This document shows, in pieces, positions 38,167-47,453 of a stretch of DNA of 60,485 nt; position 1 is the stretch's first letter, and each line of letters begins with the position of its first letter. The stretch is from a virus (lineage: Duplodnaviria > Caudoviricetes). A program made the translations under genes and the position numbers. Under the pieces are notes generated by a model. It worked only from the letters and a program-made list of their open reading frames with translations, searched no databases and was not told the DNA's origin. The stretch spans positions 1 to 60,485 of the IMG/VR virus record IMGVR_UViG_3300022074_004529; one strand, written 5' to 3'.

Positions 38167-38792
38167 TTACTATCCTTTATTGCTTTCTTTACTTCGTTAT
38201 CTAACCAGTGTTCTTTAACTGGTGTTATATACTTCTTGTTCGCATCCTCTTTTAGGATACTATCTAGCTCTTGTTCCCACCAACATATAGGCCAGTTCAT
38301 CTCCTTTGCTAGGCTTTGCAAATATTTGTCTTTATACAAATACAATAGTTCCTGGCTAAGGAAGTTAGTAGGGTACATGTAGACTAGACTTTTCAACTTG
38401 TCAAGAGCTTGTGGTGTTGTGTGTTTACCTCTTACTCTTGTCTGTTGTGTTTCTAATATGTTCTGATCTCTACCAATTACTGCTAATTGTATTTCACAGT
38501 AATGACTTGCTTCACGAATAAACTCTCTGTAGTTAGGTATTGTTTGTTCGCCTTTATATACAAAAGGACAACTTATACTGGTTACATAATAATCTGATTG
38601 TGTCCAATCAACATCATGCAACATCTCAGGATCCTGCCAGCATTCATAAAATGGTTCATATTGATGGCCCTGCCAATATGTATAGAGCAAACTCTCCCAA
38701 CCATAAACTTCATCATGTAGGGCAAATATTTTACTAAACAAATGATTACCGGAACCCTGCGGTCCAGTCATAATCAGCATACGTTTTTTCAT
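38160..38792 (-). CDS. Sulfotransferase-like P-loop protein
   Basis: LIMTGPQGSGNH, IGRD. Confidence 0.5.
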   Translation of the reverse strand: MKKRMLIMTGPQGSGNHLFSKIFALHDEVYGWESLLYTYWQGHQYEPFYECWQDPEMLHDVDWTQSDYYVTSISCPFVYKGEQTIPNYREFIREASHYCEIQLAVIGRDQNILETQQTRVRGKHTTPQALDKLKSLVYMYPTNFLSQELLYLYKDKYLQSLAKEMNWPICWWEQELDSILKEDANKKYITPVKEHWLDNEVKKAIKDSKC

Positions 38793-38804
38793 GGAAATCC
38801 TAAG

Positions 38805-38812
38805 TATAAATA
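38805..38812 (+). promoter_or_regulatory. T4 late promoter consensus TATAAATA
   Basis: Exact match 37 nt upstream of the plus-strand operon. Confidence 0.65.
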
Positions 38813-38827
38813 ACTGTATACTTATTT

Positions 38828-38856
38828 ATTATATAGAAAAACTCCCGAAATGTCAA
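38828..38856 (-). promoter_or_regulatory. sigma70-type promoter TTGACA-N17-TATAAT, with AATAAATA at 38823-38830
   Basis: Perfect consensus; -35 overlaps the ATG of the opposite-strand gene. Confidence 0.75.
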
Positions 38857-39806
38857 TAGAAAATCTCGAAAAATTCTTCGATTGGGCTCAGACCACAGGG
38901 CGAGCTCAGGTAATCTTTACACATGCAAGTAGTCTTGAACTGCGTAGCCTGCTTGATTGCACCACAATCAGTGGAAGAATGGGTGAAGTAATGGGAGGAT
39001 TCAGTCGCGACATAGATGCATTTAGAGAAATACCATTAGAAAAGCGAAGAGAACTTGCAACAACTCCTAGAGATAATTGGCGTGATGACGAGGATCTATA
39101 TTTAACATACAGAATGGCAAAGATATTATGGTTATTGTATGACATTAGAGATAAAGGCATTCAGCAACCAATGCAACTACAGGACTATGGTAGATTTTAT
39201 ACATGTCATCCAGGTGGTGATAAGAAAGTATCTGCTGTATTCATGCTTAATTTAGAACGTATTCCATTATTCTATATTTGGTATCCTGAAGTAAATCAAA
39301 GTCCTTGGCACTGGACAAGGAATCATGATGTAATAAAGTCTCCACAAGAACTAGCAGACAAGTTTGAAAATGCAGATCATCCCACATTTAATTGGCACTA
39401 TGATGAGCCAGTATTTACAAAAGGAGACGATGGTTACAGTTATCAGAATCCACAAATGGAACCCTGGGCAAGAGGCATGGCATTAATGTTACGTAAAAGC
39501 CAAAAATATACAAGTAATCCAGATAAATTTAGACTACAACTTCCTACGTTTAGTTATGTTGATGCTGTACACAGAGTAGCAATGGAACAACAAGCAAAGC
39601 GTTTAGTAGGACAACTTATATTCAAAGGAGATAAATTTCTCATGGGAGAATATATGTTTACACGTAAAGCAGATGGTTGGCTGTTTGAAGGATACGACCA
39701 TTTCCCTAGAAGTTTGGTTGACACTGACTATAAAACAGATCCCACAAAAGAAAGAATGATACAAAATACAAGAGGGAATATTAGTTCGTTTAGGAAAGAC
39801 TTATGA
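38850..39806 (+). CDS. Hypothetical protein (possible ParB/Srx-like core: IRDKGIQQP...HPGGDK)
   Basis: 318-aa ORF, first of plus-strand operon. Confidence 0.6.
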   Translation: MSIENLEKFFDWAQTTGRAQVIFTHASSLELRSLLDCTTISGRMGEVMGGFSRDIDAFREIPLEKRRELATTPRDNWRDDEDLYLTYRMAKILWLLYDIRDKGIQQPMQLQDYGRFYTCHPGGDKKVSAVFMLNLERIPLFYIWYPEVNQSPWHWTRNHDVIKSPQELADKFENADHPTFNWHYDEPVFTKGDDGYSYQNPQMEPWARGMALMLRKSQKYTSNPDKFRLQLPTFSYVDAVHRVAMEQQAKRLVGQLIFKGDKFLMGEYMFTRKADGWLFEGYDHFPRSLVDTDYKTDPTKERMIQNTRGNISSFRKDL

Positions 39807-40663
39807 GTGATATGAATGTACATATAGCGTATCGTCGTGAACGCTATACAGAAGCAGACATAACAAACCCACAACTATTAGGACTAGCAACTGTAGAAAT
39901 TAACCCAACAGAGCTATGCAACAGAACTTGTAGTTTTTGTCCACGTTCTGATCCAGACATTTATCCTAATCGCAAGTTACATATGACTGTGGATATTGCA
40001 GACAAACTTAGTACACAACTATACAACGCAAATTTTACAGGTGATATACATATTACAGGGTGGGGAGAGCCTCTATTAAATCCAGACATTCTAGAAATAA
40101 TAAGTAAATTTAGCAGGTATTTTTTTACTGAAATGATAAGCAATGGCGATCGGTTACTGAGTAAAAGAATATCACATAAGGATTTGACTTCATATGGTTT
40201 ACATAGTATTATAGTAGACTGTTACGATAATGAACAACAGACTATGGCAATGGAAACATTGCTATCTGACTTTGAGGGTAAGCAACGTATAAGAAGCAAT
40301 TACGACACAGGCAATGCAAACTTGTTGCAACTATACAACTTTAACAATCGAGGTGGGACGTTAGGTGCAGTCAAGTCTATGCAAAGACAGTGCTGGATGC
40401 CAATGTACAAAGCATTTGTTGATTGGGACGGCGGGGTTGGATTATGCTGTAATGACTGGGCAAGAAAACAGAAAGACTTTGGTAATATAAACACTGATAC
40501 CTTTAGTAATATATGGATGTCAGATGAATTTAAATATGTACGCAAACAACTATTAGAAGCAAATAGAAAAGACCTATCAGCATGTAGTGGCTGTAATACA
40601 AATGGTTGTAAAAGCGGAGAAGGGAGCGCCAAACTTTGGCATGAGAATTTATATAGGATATGA
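39803..40663 (+). CDS. Radical SAM/SPASM protein
   Basis: CNRTCSFC, GWGEP, NNRGG, CWMP, LCCND, CSGC. Confidence 0.9.
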   Translation: MSDMNVHIAYRRERYTEADITNPQLLGLATVEINPTELCNRTCSFCPRSDPDIYPNRKLHMTVDIADKLSTQLYNANFTGDIHITGWGEPLLNPDILEIISKFSRYFFTEMISNGDRLLSKRISHKDLTSYGLHSIIVDCYDNEQQTMAMETLLSDFEGKQRIRSNYDTGNANLLQLYNFNNRGGTLGAVKSMQRQCWMPMYKAFVDWDGGVGLCCNDWARKQKDFGNINTDTFSNIWMSDEFKYVRKQLLEANRKDLSACSGCNTNGCKSGEGSAKLWHENLYRI

Positions 40664-41345
40664 TCCAGAACAAGAAGACGCTAGTAAAGTTTGTGAATAT
40701 AGTATTCATAAACATGCTAAGGTAGATGTAGACATTGTACATCTAAAAACTGATGAACTGCGTGAGCAAGGATTATATTGGCGCAATGATACAGGCAGTA
40801 CAGATTTTTCCTATAGTCGTTTCCTAATACCACATTTGGAAGGCTACAATGGCTGGGCTATATTTGTTGATTCAGACTTTGTATTCACAAAAGATATATG
40901 TACGCTGGGTGATGATCTGGCACAAACTCCTAACGCTGATATGATGAGCTGTTTTGTAATAAGACATGCACCTTATGTTCCTAAACAGGAAACAAAATTT
41001 TATGGTAGAAAGCAGGAACAACTACCTATGAAGAACTGGAGTAGCCTTATGTTCTATAACTGCGGACATGAACATACTAGAAAACTAACACCAATGTTAG
41101 TCAATAACCAATCACCTAAGTTCTTACATAGATTTGAATGGACACAGGATCATCTAATAGGCATGATGGATGTTCGTTGGAATTGGCTTGTAGGTGAATA
41201 TGGCATATGCCAAGGCTCTCCTTGGGGATTACACTTTACAAATGGTGGCCCATTTAATAATGAATGGGGACAGGACTATGAAGATGTTTGGTTAGAATAC
41301 TTTAATGAAATGACAGGATTGGATTACAAAACGGATAATGCATAA
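40641..41345 (+). CDS. GT-A (family 8-like) glycosyltransferase; start revised to MRIYIGYD
   Basis: STDFSYSRFLIP, FVDSD (DxD), KNWSSLM, WNWL, HFTNGGP. Confidence 0.8.
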   Translation: MRIYIGYDPEQEDASKVCEYSIHKHAKVDVDIVHLKTDELREQGLYWRNDTGSTDFSYSRFLIPHLEGYNGWAIFVDSDFVFTKDICTLGDDLAQTPNADMMSCFVIRHAPYVPKQETKFYGRKQEQLPMKNWSSLMFYNCGHEHTRKLTPMLVNNQSPKFLHRFEWTQDHLIGMMDVRWNWLVGEYGICQGSPWGLHFTNGGPFNNEWGQDYEDVWLEYFNEMTGLDYKTDNA

Positions 41346-41374
41346 TCTATATACATACAATTTGACTGAGTCTT

Positions 41375-41382
41375 AATAAATA
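41375..41382 (+). promoter_or_regulatory. Late-like promoter AATAAATA followed by a small hairpin (41383-41398)
   Basis: Intergenic, 27 nt upstream of 41410. Confidence 0.5.
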
Positions 41383-41409
41383 CCGATATAACTGTCGGGG
41401 GATAGAAAC

Positions 41410-41688
41410 ATGGAGTTTCTTGGTTTTATTGGAGACGTAGGTTTCCCAATAGCTAGTGCTATCGGCGCTGGCTTTTTTATTTTTACAACGCTGAAGTTTA
41501 TACTTGGAAGCGTTACTGTACAAGTAGGAACGATCAATAATATGATTCATAGTTTAGACAATCGTGTACAAACAATGAACAATGATCTAGTTAAAATAGA
41601 TGCACTAATGTCGTATGCATTAGGAGTAAAACCTAACACAGACAGAATAGCCGCAAACGAAGGCAAAGCGGACGCAAGGAGAGACTAA
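41410..41688 (+). CDS. Small membrane-anchored coiled-coil protein
   Basis: GFPIASAIGAG TM then LDNRVQTMNND; paralogue of 41880..42224. Confidence 0.7.
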   Translation: MEFLGFIGDVGFPIASAIGAGFFIFTTLKFILGSVTVQVGTINNMIHSLDNRVQTMNNDLVKIDALMSYALGVKPNTDRIAANEGKADARRD

Positions 41689-41689
41689 T

Positions 41690-41902
41690 ATGATGTGGGT
41701 AGATTATACAATTGACAGCATACCAGGTGGCAAAGGCTTTAAAGTCAAAGGTGACTGGGAAGGCGAAGTAATGGGTAAACAAAGCGATGGTACTGATAAA
41801 GACCATTGGCTATACAAACCAGGAGATCGCTTCATAGTAAACGAAGCAGGGTGGCTAATTAGATGCAACCCAGAAGATATTGAAAAAGATGGAACTAACT
41901 AG
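41690..41902 (+). CDS. Hypothetical protein
   Basis: SD AGGAG; LYKPGDRF. Confidence 0.6.
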   Translation: MMWVDYTIDSIPGGKGFKVKGDWEGEVMGKQSDGTDKDHWLYKPGDRFIVNEAGWLIRCNPEDIEKDGTN

Positions 41903-42224
41903 TTTATCAGACGCTATAAGTCAATATGGGTTCCCAATTATAGCCGCACTTGGAATGGCTTATCTAATATATTACGTATGGAAATGGGTAGTGACTGAGA
42001 TAAAGCCAGTACTTGGAGAGGCAATGGGGACTCTTATTGGACTAATTGATAGGGTAAGAATGCTAGACAATGATATGATAAGGCTCCATCAAAAGCTAAA
42101 TATGGTTTTAGAGTTTAAAGAAGAATACGAAAAACTTACAGGCAATAAGCTCGACATTGACATAGATGACATTGAACGAGCAAAGAAGGGAAAACACAGT
42201 GGGCTGGCTCGAAAGACAAAATGA
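41880..42224 (+). CDS. Small membrane-anchored coiled-coil protein
   Basis: YGFPIIAALG TM then LIDRVRMLDND. Confidence 0.7.
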   Translation: MKKMELTSLSDAISQYGFPIIAALGMAYLIYYVWKWVVTEIKPVLGEAMGTLIGLIDRVRMLDNDMIRLHQKLNMVLEFKEEYEKLTGNKLDIDIDDIERAKKGKHSGLARKTK

Positions 42225-42354
42225 AGTCACACAGGCCTACCTAAGAAAGCAGGCAACTTGGCACACATGGGAAGTGATCACAGTTGGTTTGTGTGGGGTT
42301 TTAGTGGGAGTAGCATTAGGAAAATTGTGCATGTATATGTACATACTGATGTAG
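42166..42354 (+). CDS. Small protein with C-terminal TM
   Basis: Hydrophobic C-terminus; start uncertain. Confidence 0.45.
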   Translation: MTLNEQRRENTVGWLERQNEVTQAYLRKQATWHTWEVITVGLCGVLVGVALGKLCMYMYILM

Positions 42355-42356
42355 AA

Positions 42357-44405
42357 TTACTTCGTAGTAGCAATAAAGACACCGTTCCAGTCGTCGGGTA
42401 ATTCCTGCGTCTTCATGTATTCACAACGTTCAATCCACATATCATAATAGCCAGCCATTTGTCCATCAAAGTGGCTGTGTATTTTCTCACATATTTCTAT
42501 AGCCTTATCAAACTGTTGAGACTTATATGCTTTATGCATGTCTTCGTGGTAACGTCTTGTTGTACGCCAAGCAGGTTTAGGATCATCTAGTACTGTCCAA
42601 ATACCAATACCTACAGTCTTACCTTTAACTGCTAGGTCATCTATTTTTAAATAAAAGAAATCATCTTTTGTTTTTTGGTATGTTGCATCACCAATTAATA
42701 AGACGCATCCGTATTCTTTACACTTGCTTTCAATTCTTGCGGCTGTTGATACACTGTCGCCAAGTACATCATAGCTATGTCTGGCTGTGGATCCCATCTC
42801 GCCAAGGTAACCGAGTCCAGTGTTGATTCCTGCTCCCATTCCAACAGGCGGCCTACCTTCGCTAGTAATTTTATCATTAAACTTCTCCACTGCTTTTAAC
42901 ATATCTAATCCACATTGCACTGCTGTTTTAGGGTGTGCTGGATCTTCTATAGGTGCGTTGTGTACGTGCATACTTGCATCACCTATATACTTTATTATCA
43001 TACCATCCATATCTAGGACGGGTTGTGTGATGGCATCCATATAGCCATTCATTATCTTAGTTAGTCCTTTTACATCATCACCAAAGCTCTCGCCCAGTGG
43101 TGTAAACCCACGCAAGTCACTAAAACAAATACTAACTTCACGCTTCATACCTTCCTTGATGAGTGCAGGATTTTCCTGTAGCATACGCACGACTGTTGGT
43201 GATGCGTAACCTGCGAATTGCTTTTTAATTTCCATCTTCTCAAAGTACTCTCGCATAAATCTACTGAACACTGCATGTAATCCAACGATTAATAACGCTA
43301 GTACTGGCATACTTGCATCTAACAAATACAAGTAATGTTGCCAAGCATACAAAGCACCATACGATAATCCACCACCTATTACTAAAATAGATAGTCCAAT
43401 TATCCAATATGGTGCCATGTACGCTAAAGCAACTATCGTTATGCCAACAACTGCTGTAGCTGTTAGCTCGGCAAGGTAAGCCCAAAAAGGTCTCTGTATA
43501 CTATCTCCATCCAGTAAATTTTGTAGTGTTGTGGCGGCTGGCACATAACTATACTGAGACCCTTTTGGACTCGCGATAATGCTTCCAATCCCTTCTGCTG
43601 TAACTCCTAATATAACCACCTTGCCCGAAAGTTTATAGAAGTCAGCAGGATTAGATGCACTAACCTTTTCAAATTCTTTATTCCAACGTATCCATATCTG
43701 TCCGTTAGGATCAGTATTAATTATAGGATACCCTGGTACTCGTATCTTCTCAATACCGCCTGCGTTTGCTTTTATCTGGTAGCTGGGTTTGCCTGTTGCT
43801 ACACGAATAATCTCTACTGCTAAATTAGGATACGTTTCTGTTCCTACCTTAACAATTAAAGGTACACGTCTTATAACACCATCAATCTCCGGGGCTGTGT
43901 TGATTACACCCACGCCACCTGCGACTTCTCCAAACGCTGGTATTGGACCTAGCATACCTGGCCATTCAAATAACCAGGGCATGGGATCTCCTATCATTGC
44001 AACACCTCTCGGTACTGCATTTTTATTGGCTTGTAAACTACCTGTTTGGGCAATTACTACACCATTATCTGTAAGAGCGTCCTGTAGGTAACTGTCGCCT
44101 CCAAGTCTATCGTCCTCGCTGAACAGCATAGGCAAAACTATTATACCTGCTCCTGCTTCTCGCAACTGCCAAATGATATCACTTAGCACTGCACGATTCC
44201 AGGGCCACTGTCCATATTTCTCTATGGAGGCTTCGTCTAATGTAACAATTCCAATGTCATTGCTTTGCACATATTCATCTTGCTGTTGCAATAGATCAAA
44301 ACTTTTTAGTCGTAATGTCTCTACGACAAAATTATTATTATAATGAAAGAACAATATAACAAACGCTGTAAGTAATGGAAATAGCCAGTGTGAAGCTCTA
44401 ATCAT
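42357..44405 (-). CDS. CHASE2-domain class III adenylate cyclase, membrane-bound
   Basis: CHASE2 (DEAS...GQWPW.R, DGVIRR), three TMs, FSDLRGFT, IIKYIGDA, GINTG, YDVLGDSVSTAARIES, VKGK. Confidence 0.92.
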   Translation of the reverse strand: MIRASHWLFPLLTAFVILFFHYNNNFVVETLRLKSFDLLQQQDEYVQSNDIGIVTLDEASIEKYGQWPWNRAVLSDIIWQLREAGAGIIVLPMLFSEDDRLGGDSYLQDALTDNGVVIAQTGSLQANKNAVPRGVAMIGDPMPWLFEWPGMLGPIPAFGEVAGGVGVINTAPEIDGVIRRVPLIVKVGTETYPNLAVEIIRVATGKPSYQIKANAGGIEKIRVPGYPIINTDPNGQIWIRWNKEFEKVSASNPADFYKLSGKVVILGVTAEGIGSIIASPKGSQYSYVPAATTLQNLLDGDSIQRPFWAYLAELTATAVVGITIVALAYMAPYWIIGLSILVIGGGLSYGALYAWQHYLYLLDASMPVLALLIVGLHAVFSRFMREYFEKMEIKKQFAGYASPTVVRMLQENPALIKEGMKREVSICFSDLRGFTPLGESFGDDVKGLTKIMNGYMDAITQPVLDMDGMIIKYIGDASMHVHNAPIEDPAHPKTAVQCGLDMLKAVEKFNDKITSEGRPPVGMGAGINTGLGYLGEMGSTARHSYDVLGDSVSTAARIESKCKEYGCVLLIGDATYQKTKDDFFYLKIDDLAVKGKTVGIGIWTVLDDPKPAWRTTRRYHEDMHKAYKSQQFDKAIEICEKIHSHFDGQMAGYYDMWIERCEYMKTQELPDDWNGVFIATTK

Positions 44406-44646
44406 CCTTCATACCTTCTACTTGCTCTCTTGTCCAACGATTGCCTTTCCAATCTTGTTCCTTAAATGGTAACGGTTTTCTTTCTACATATAATCTATTA
44501 GGACACTGGTACTGTTTCATTGTTCTAGCGAACTCTTTTGTTGAGTCTTTACATTGGTAAAAGCACATACGCTCATCACCTGCTATAACATTAAATTGTA
44601 TACTACAAGCCATCAAGCCTGCCATTGCTAAATCAAATATATGCAT
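44398..44646 (-). CDS. Small Cys-containing, probably exported protein
   Basis: Hydrophobic N-terminus, four Cys. Confidence 0.55.
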   Translation of the reverse strand: MHIFDLAMAGLMACSIQFNVIAGDERMCFYQCKDSTKEFARTMKQYQCPNRLYVERKPLPFKEQDWKGNRWTREQVEGMKDD

Positions 44647-45663
44647 CTAATTCTGTGTTACTGTTATACCACAACCAAAGGCATTTGTACATGTACCTGT
44701 TAGTGTGTAACTTTTATTTGTTGATGCTGTCTGATCTAAGTCCAGCGTATAAGCACCACCACCGTTAGTAAGATCAATGTTTGCTGTATGATCTCCATAT
44801 CTTTGAAAGACATTTACATCATGTCCATCATCTAAAACAATATCTGCGAACTGCGTGTCTGTATTACCACGCTGTGTTACTTCCACAGTATTGCCATCAC
44901 CCGTAATCTCTATAAATCCATCGTGTTGACCGGCGCCACGCTGTGTATGTTTAACAGTATTACTATCACCTGTTACATAGTTTGCAATATGTAGGCCGCC
45001 CTGGTTATTATCATCTGTTTGATAACTTGCTAAATTGTTGCTGTTGCCTTGTACAATCCAATAGACATCATTGTCGCCTGTTTCACTTGTATCTATATTG
45101 CCTGACTCGTGTTTGCCTTGCCATGCTTTAATATTATTGCTGTTACCGTTTACTGTTACCCTAGCAATATTATTATCCTGTCCGTGTATTTGTACATCTA
45201 TATTATTGTAGTCGCCATTCTGTACTTCTGCATATACATTATTACTATCGCCATCAACTGTGACACTAATAGCATTGTCATTATCGTTTCCATTACCTAT
45301 TTCTGTATGTGTAATATTACTATCACCATCAACATCTATTGCAATGTCATTATCATGTCCATGATTGTCTATAGTATTTGTATTAGTATTGCCGTTTACT
45401 GTTGCTGTAATTGTTTGATTGTTACCTGAAGTCCATATGCGATATTGGTTTGTGTTTCCTGTCTGACTTAAATTTGTTGTCTTATCGTTACCACTTAATA
45501 CTGCATCACCTGAGCCGTTAAGTCCTTCAACTTGATTGTTCTCTCCGTCCTGAACTATATCTAAGTTAAGATCATCTCCTATTTGATTTACATAAATGTC
45601 GTTAGCAAAACTACTGCTCGATATCAATACGATTGCCGCCGTCAATGCCCAGTTTATAGTCAT
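44647..45663 (-). CDS. Curlin-like repeat protein (CsgA/CsgB-like), secreted
   Basis: Signal peptide (SFA-ND); many Q/N/G-rich x-Q-x-G-x-x-N repeats. Confidence 0.75.
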   Translation of the reverse strand: MTINWALTAAIVLISSSSFANDIYVNQIGDDLNLDIVQDGENNQVEGLNGSGDAVLSGNDKTTNLSQTGNTNQYRIWTSGNNQTITATVNGNTNTNTIDNHGHDNDIAIDVDGDSNITHTEIGNGNDNDNAISVTVDGDSNNVYAEVQNGDYNNIDVQIHGQDNNIARVTVNGNSNNIKAWQGKHESGNIDTSETGDNDVYWIVQGNSNNLASYQTDDNNQGGLHIANYVTGDSNTVKHTQRGAGQHDGFIEITGDGNTVEVTQRGNTDTQFADIVLDDGHDVNVFQRYGDHTANIDLTNGGGAYTLDLDQTASTNKSYTLTGTCTNAFGCGITVTQN

Positions 45664-46726
45664 ATATTTCCCACTCCCCTTGTTTCATATTTATCGAATA
45701 ATCATTGCCTCTGTCCAGCCTTAACTTAAAGTAACTATTTGTAATTGGATCTCTACGCTGAACAACCCACTTACCATCTTCTTTCTCTAATGTAATACCA
45801 GTCTCGGGATCAAAGCCGTATTTTATTGCGTCATCTACAAAAAATTGTTTATTTTGTCGCATAAGTTCATCCCTAAACATATTGTATAGTGCTTGGTTAA
45901 GTTGATCTAGAATATCATGCAAAACATCCTGTAGCATATAATCTGTTTGATCTAGTTCAGTTACCCAAATGTCCTTAATGCCTTCCTGTAGTGCATCATA
46001 ATCTAAACCATCAAAATCTAAAAAGTCAATACCCAAAAAGTCTGCAAGTCTTTTACGCTGTATATACTCCTCATACTCTTCATCAACGTATGGATTACGT
46101 TTACGTAGAATAATAAGTTGGTTAATTTGACTCTCATCAATATCTAATAGCAATGGTCTTGCAGGCTTATCCCATCTTGTTGTAGTCATTGTAGCCTGAA
46201 ATGCTTGGTTAAGTATAACTTGCCCAACATCTGTATCAACAGTAATCTCACCTGTATAACAATTACCATCTATATCACAACTAGGTAATAGAGTAATCAT
46301 ACTACCACCCAGCTCATCTACAACCATAATAAAGTCTGTGCCTCGCACACCAATGGTTGCACTAGGGGTTCTTATCTTAACATTTTGTTGGTAACGTTTT
46401 GCTATTTGTCCACTAGCGTATCTTACTGTACCTAGTGTTGCTTTGATGCTTAGTTTGCCTATGCTTTGATCTGGATCGTAAACAAACTCATCTATTAATA
46501 AACGACTATGTTCTGTAATATCTACCCTTGTATCATCAAGGAAGTCTATTTGCATTCTACCTCTTGCTGTAACGGCAGTGTCCATAGTCTGTACACCTAC
46601 ACCGTTTATAGCCTCGATACTTTCTGAACCACGCTCTAAGGCGCCGGATCCTTTAATCTTACCTATCTCACCCACAGAACCAAAGGCTATTTGTGGTATT
46701 AATATTAAGATTAAGGCCCAACGCAT
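45611..46726 (-). CDS. FecR-domain secreted protein
   Basis: Signal peptide; F.DDTRVDITEHSRLLID, TPSATIGVRGTDF. Confidence 0.8.
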   Translation of the reverse strand: MRWALILILIPQIAFGSVGEIGKIKGSGALERGSESIEAINGVGVQTMDTAVTARGRMQIDFLDDTRVDITEHSRLLIDEFVYDPDQSIGKLSIKATLGTVRYASGQIAKRYQQNVKIRTPSATIGVRGTDFIMVVDELGGSMITLLPSCDIDGNCYTGEITVDTDVGQVILNQAFQATMTTTRWDKPARPLLLDIDESQINQLIILRKRNPYVDEEYEEYIQRKRLADFLGIDFLDFDGLDYDALQEGIKDIWVTELDQTDYMLQDVLHDILDQLNQALYNMFRDELMRQNKQFFVDDAIKYGFDPETGITLEKEDGKWVVQRRDPITNSYFKLRLDRGNDYSINMKQGEWEIYDYKLGIDGGNRIDIEQ

Positions 46727-47430
46727 TAGTCGCTCTGTGTAATGTCAACATCTGCATTGTCGCCAGTTAAGTCTAAGTCAACTTTATTATCGTTTACACC
46801 TGACTGATCAACCTTTACATTGTTTCCTTTACCCTTAATTGATATGATTTGTGTGTGGCCATCAACATCACCATCACCAGCAATATCTAAATCTAATACG
46901 TTATCTGTATTAACTAGACTACTATTCTTATTAACTGTTACTGTGATTAATGCACTTTCGCCATCAACATCTGCTGTTATGACTGTACCATCATCTGTTA
47001 CTGTGAAGTTAGCAACTAGATCTTTGGCGTCTGCACTCTCACCAACATTAATTGTATAGTCTTGATCATCGCCTGTGGCAGTAATATTAAGAGTTACACT
47101 CGCACAATTACCTGCTTCACCACTATCACATAACAAATCAACTACGTTGTTATCACCTGTGAATACCCACGTACCTGTGTAGGTAGCACCTAGAATCTGG
47201 GCTGTAATTGCGTTGTTGTCACCAGTTTGTGTGATGTCAAATGTCATTGTGTCTGCGTTAGTAGTAGCACTACCTAGAATAACATCCTGTGATGCTGTAC
47301 CAATCTTGTTGTTTTCACCATCTTGTGTGATATCTAAATCTAGTGTGTCACCAACTTGCTCTATATATATTTCATTTGCTGATACGATGCTCGCACTTAG
47401 CAACATTATCAGTCCAATAATATATCTCAT
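46726..47430 (-). CDS. Curlin-like repeat protein (CsgA/CsgB-like), secreted
   Basis: Signal peptide (VSA-NE); ITQDGENN, ITQTGDNN, VDQSGVNDN repeats. Confidence 0.75.
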   Translation of the reverse strand: MRYIIGLIMLLSASIVSANEIYIEQVGDTLDLDITQDGENNKIGTASQDVILGSATTNADTMTFDITQTGDNNAITAQILGATYTGTWVFTGDNNVVDLLCDSGEAGNCASVTLNITATGDDQDYTINVGESADAKDLVANFTVTDDGTVITADVDGESALITVTVNKNSSLVNTDNVLDLDIAGDGDVDGHTQIISIKGKGNNVKVDQSGVNDNKVDLDLTGDNADVDITQSD

Positions 47431-47453
47431 CTTTATTCCCCCCGATAAGATTC

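Noticed and set aside
541-38737. Numerous short plus-strand ORFs
   Set aside because: Antisense shadows of well-supported minus-strand genes, without motifs or SD sites
41347-41550. 67-aa minus-strand ORF
   Set aside because: Antisense to the better-supported 41410 gene and spans its promoter
44647-47430. DNA-level tandem repeat, CRISPR or DGR in the repetitive region
   Set aside because: Repetition is only at the protein level; no identical direct repeats, spacers or reverse transcriptase seen
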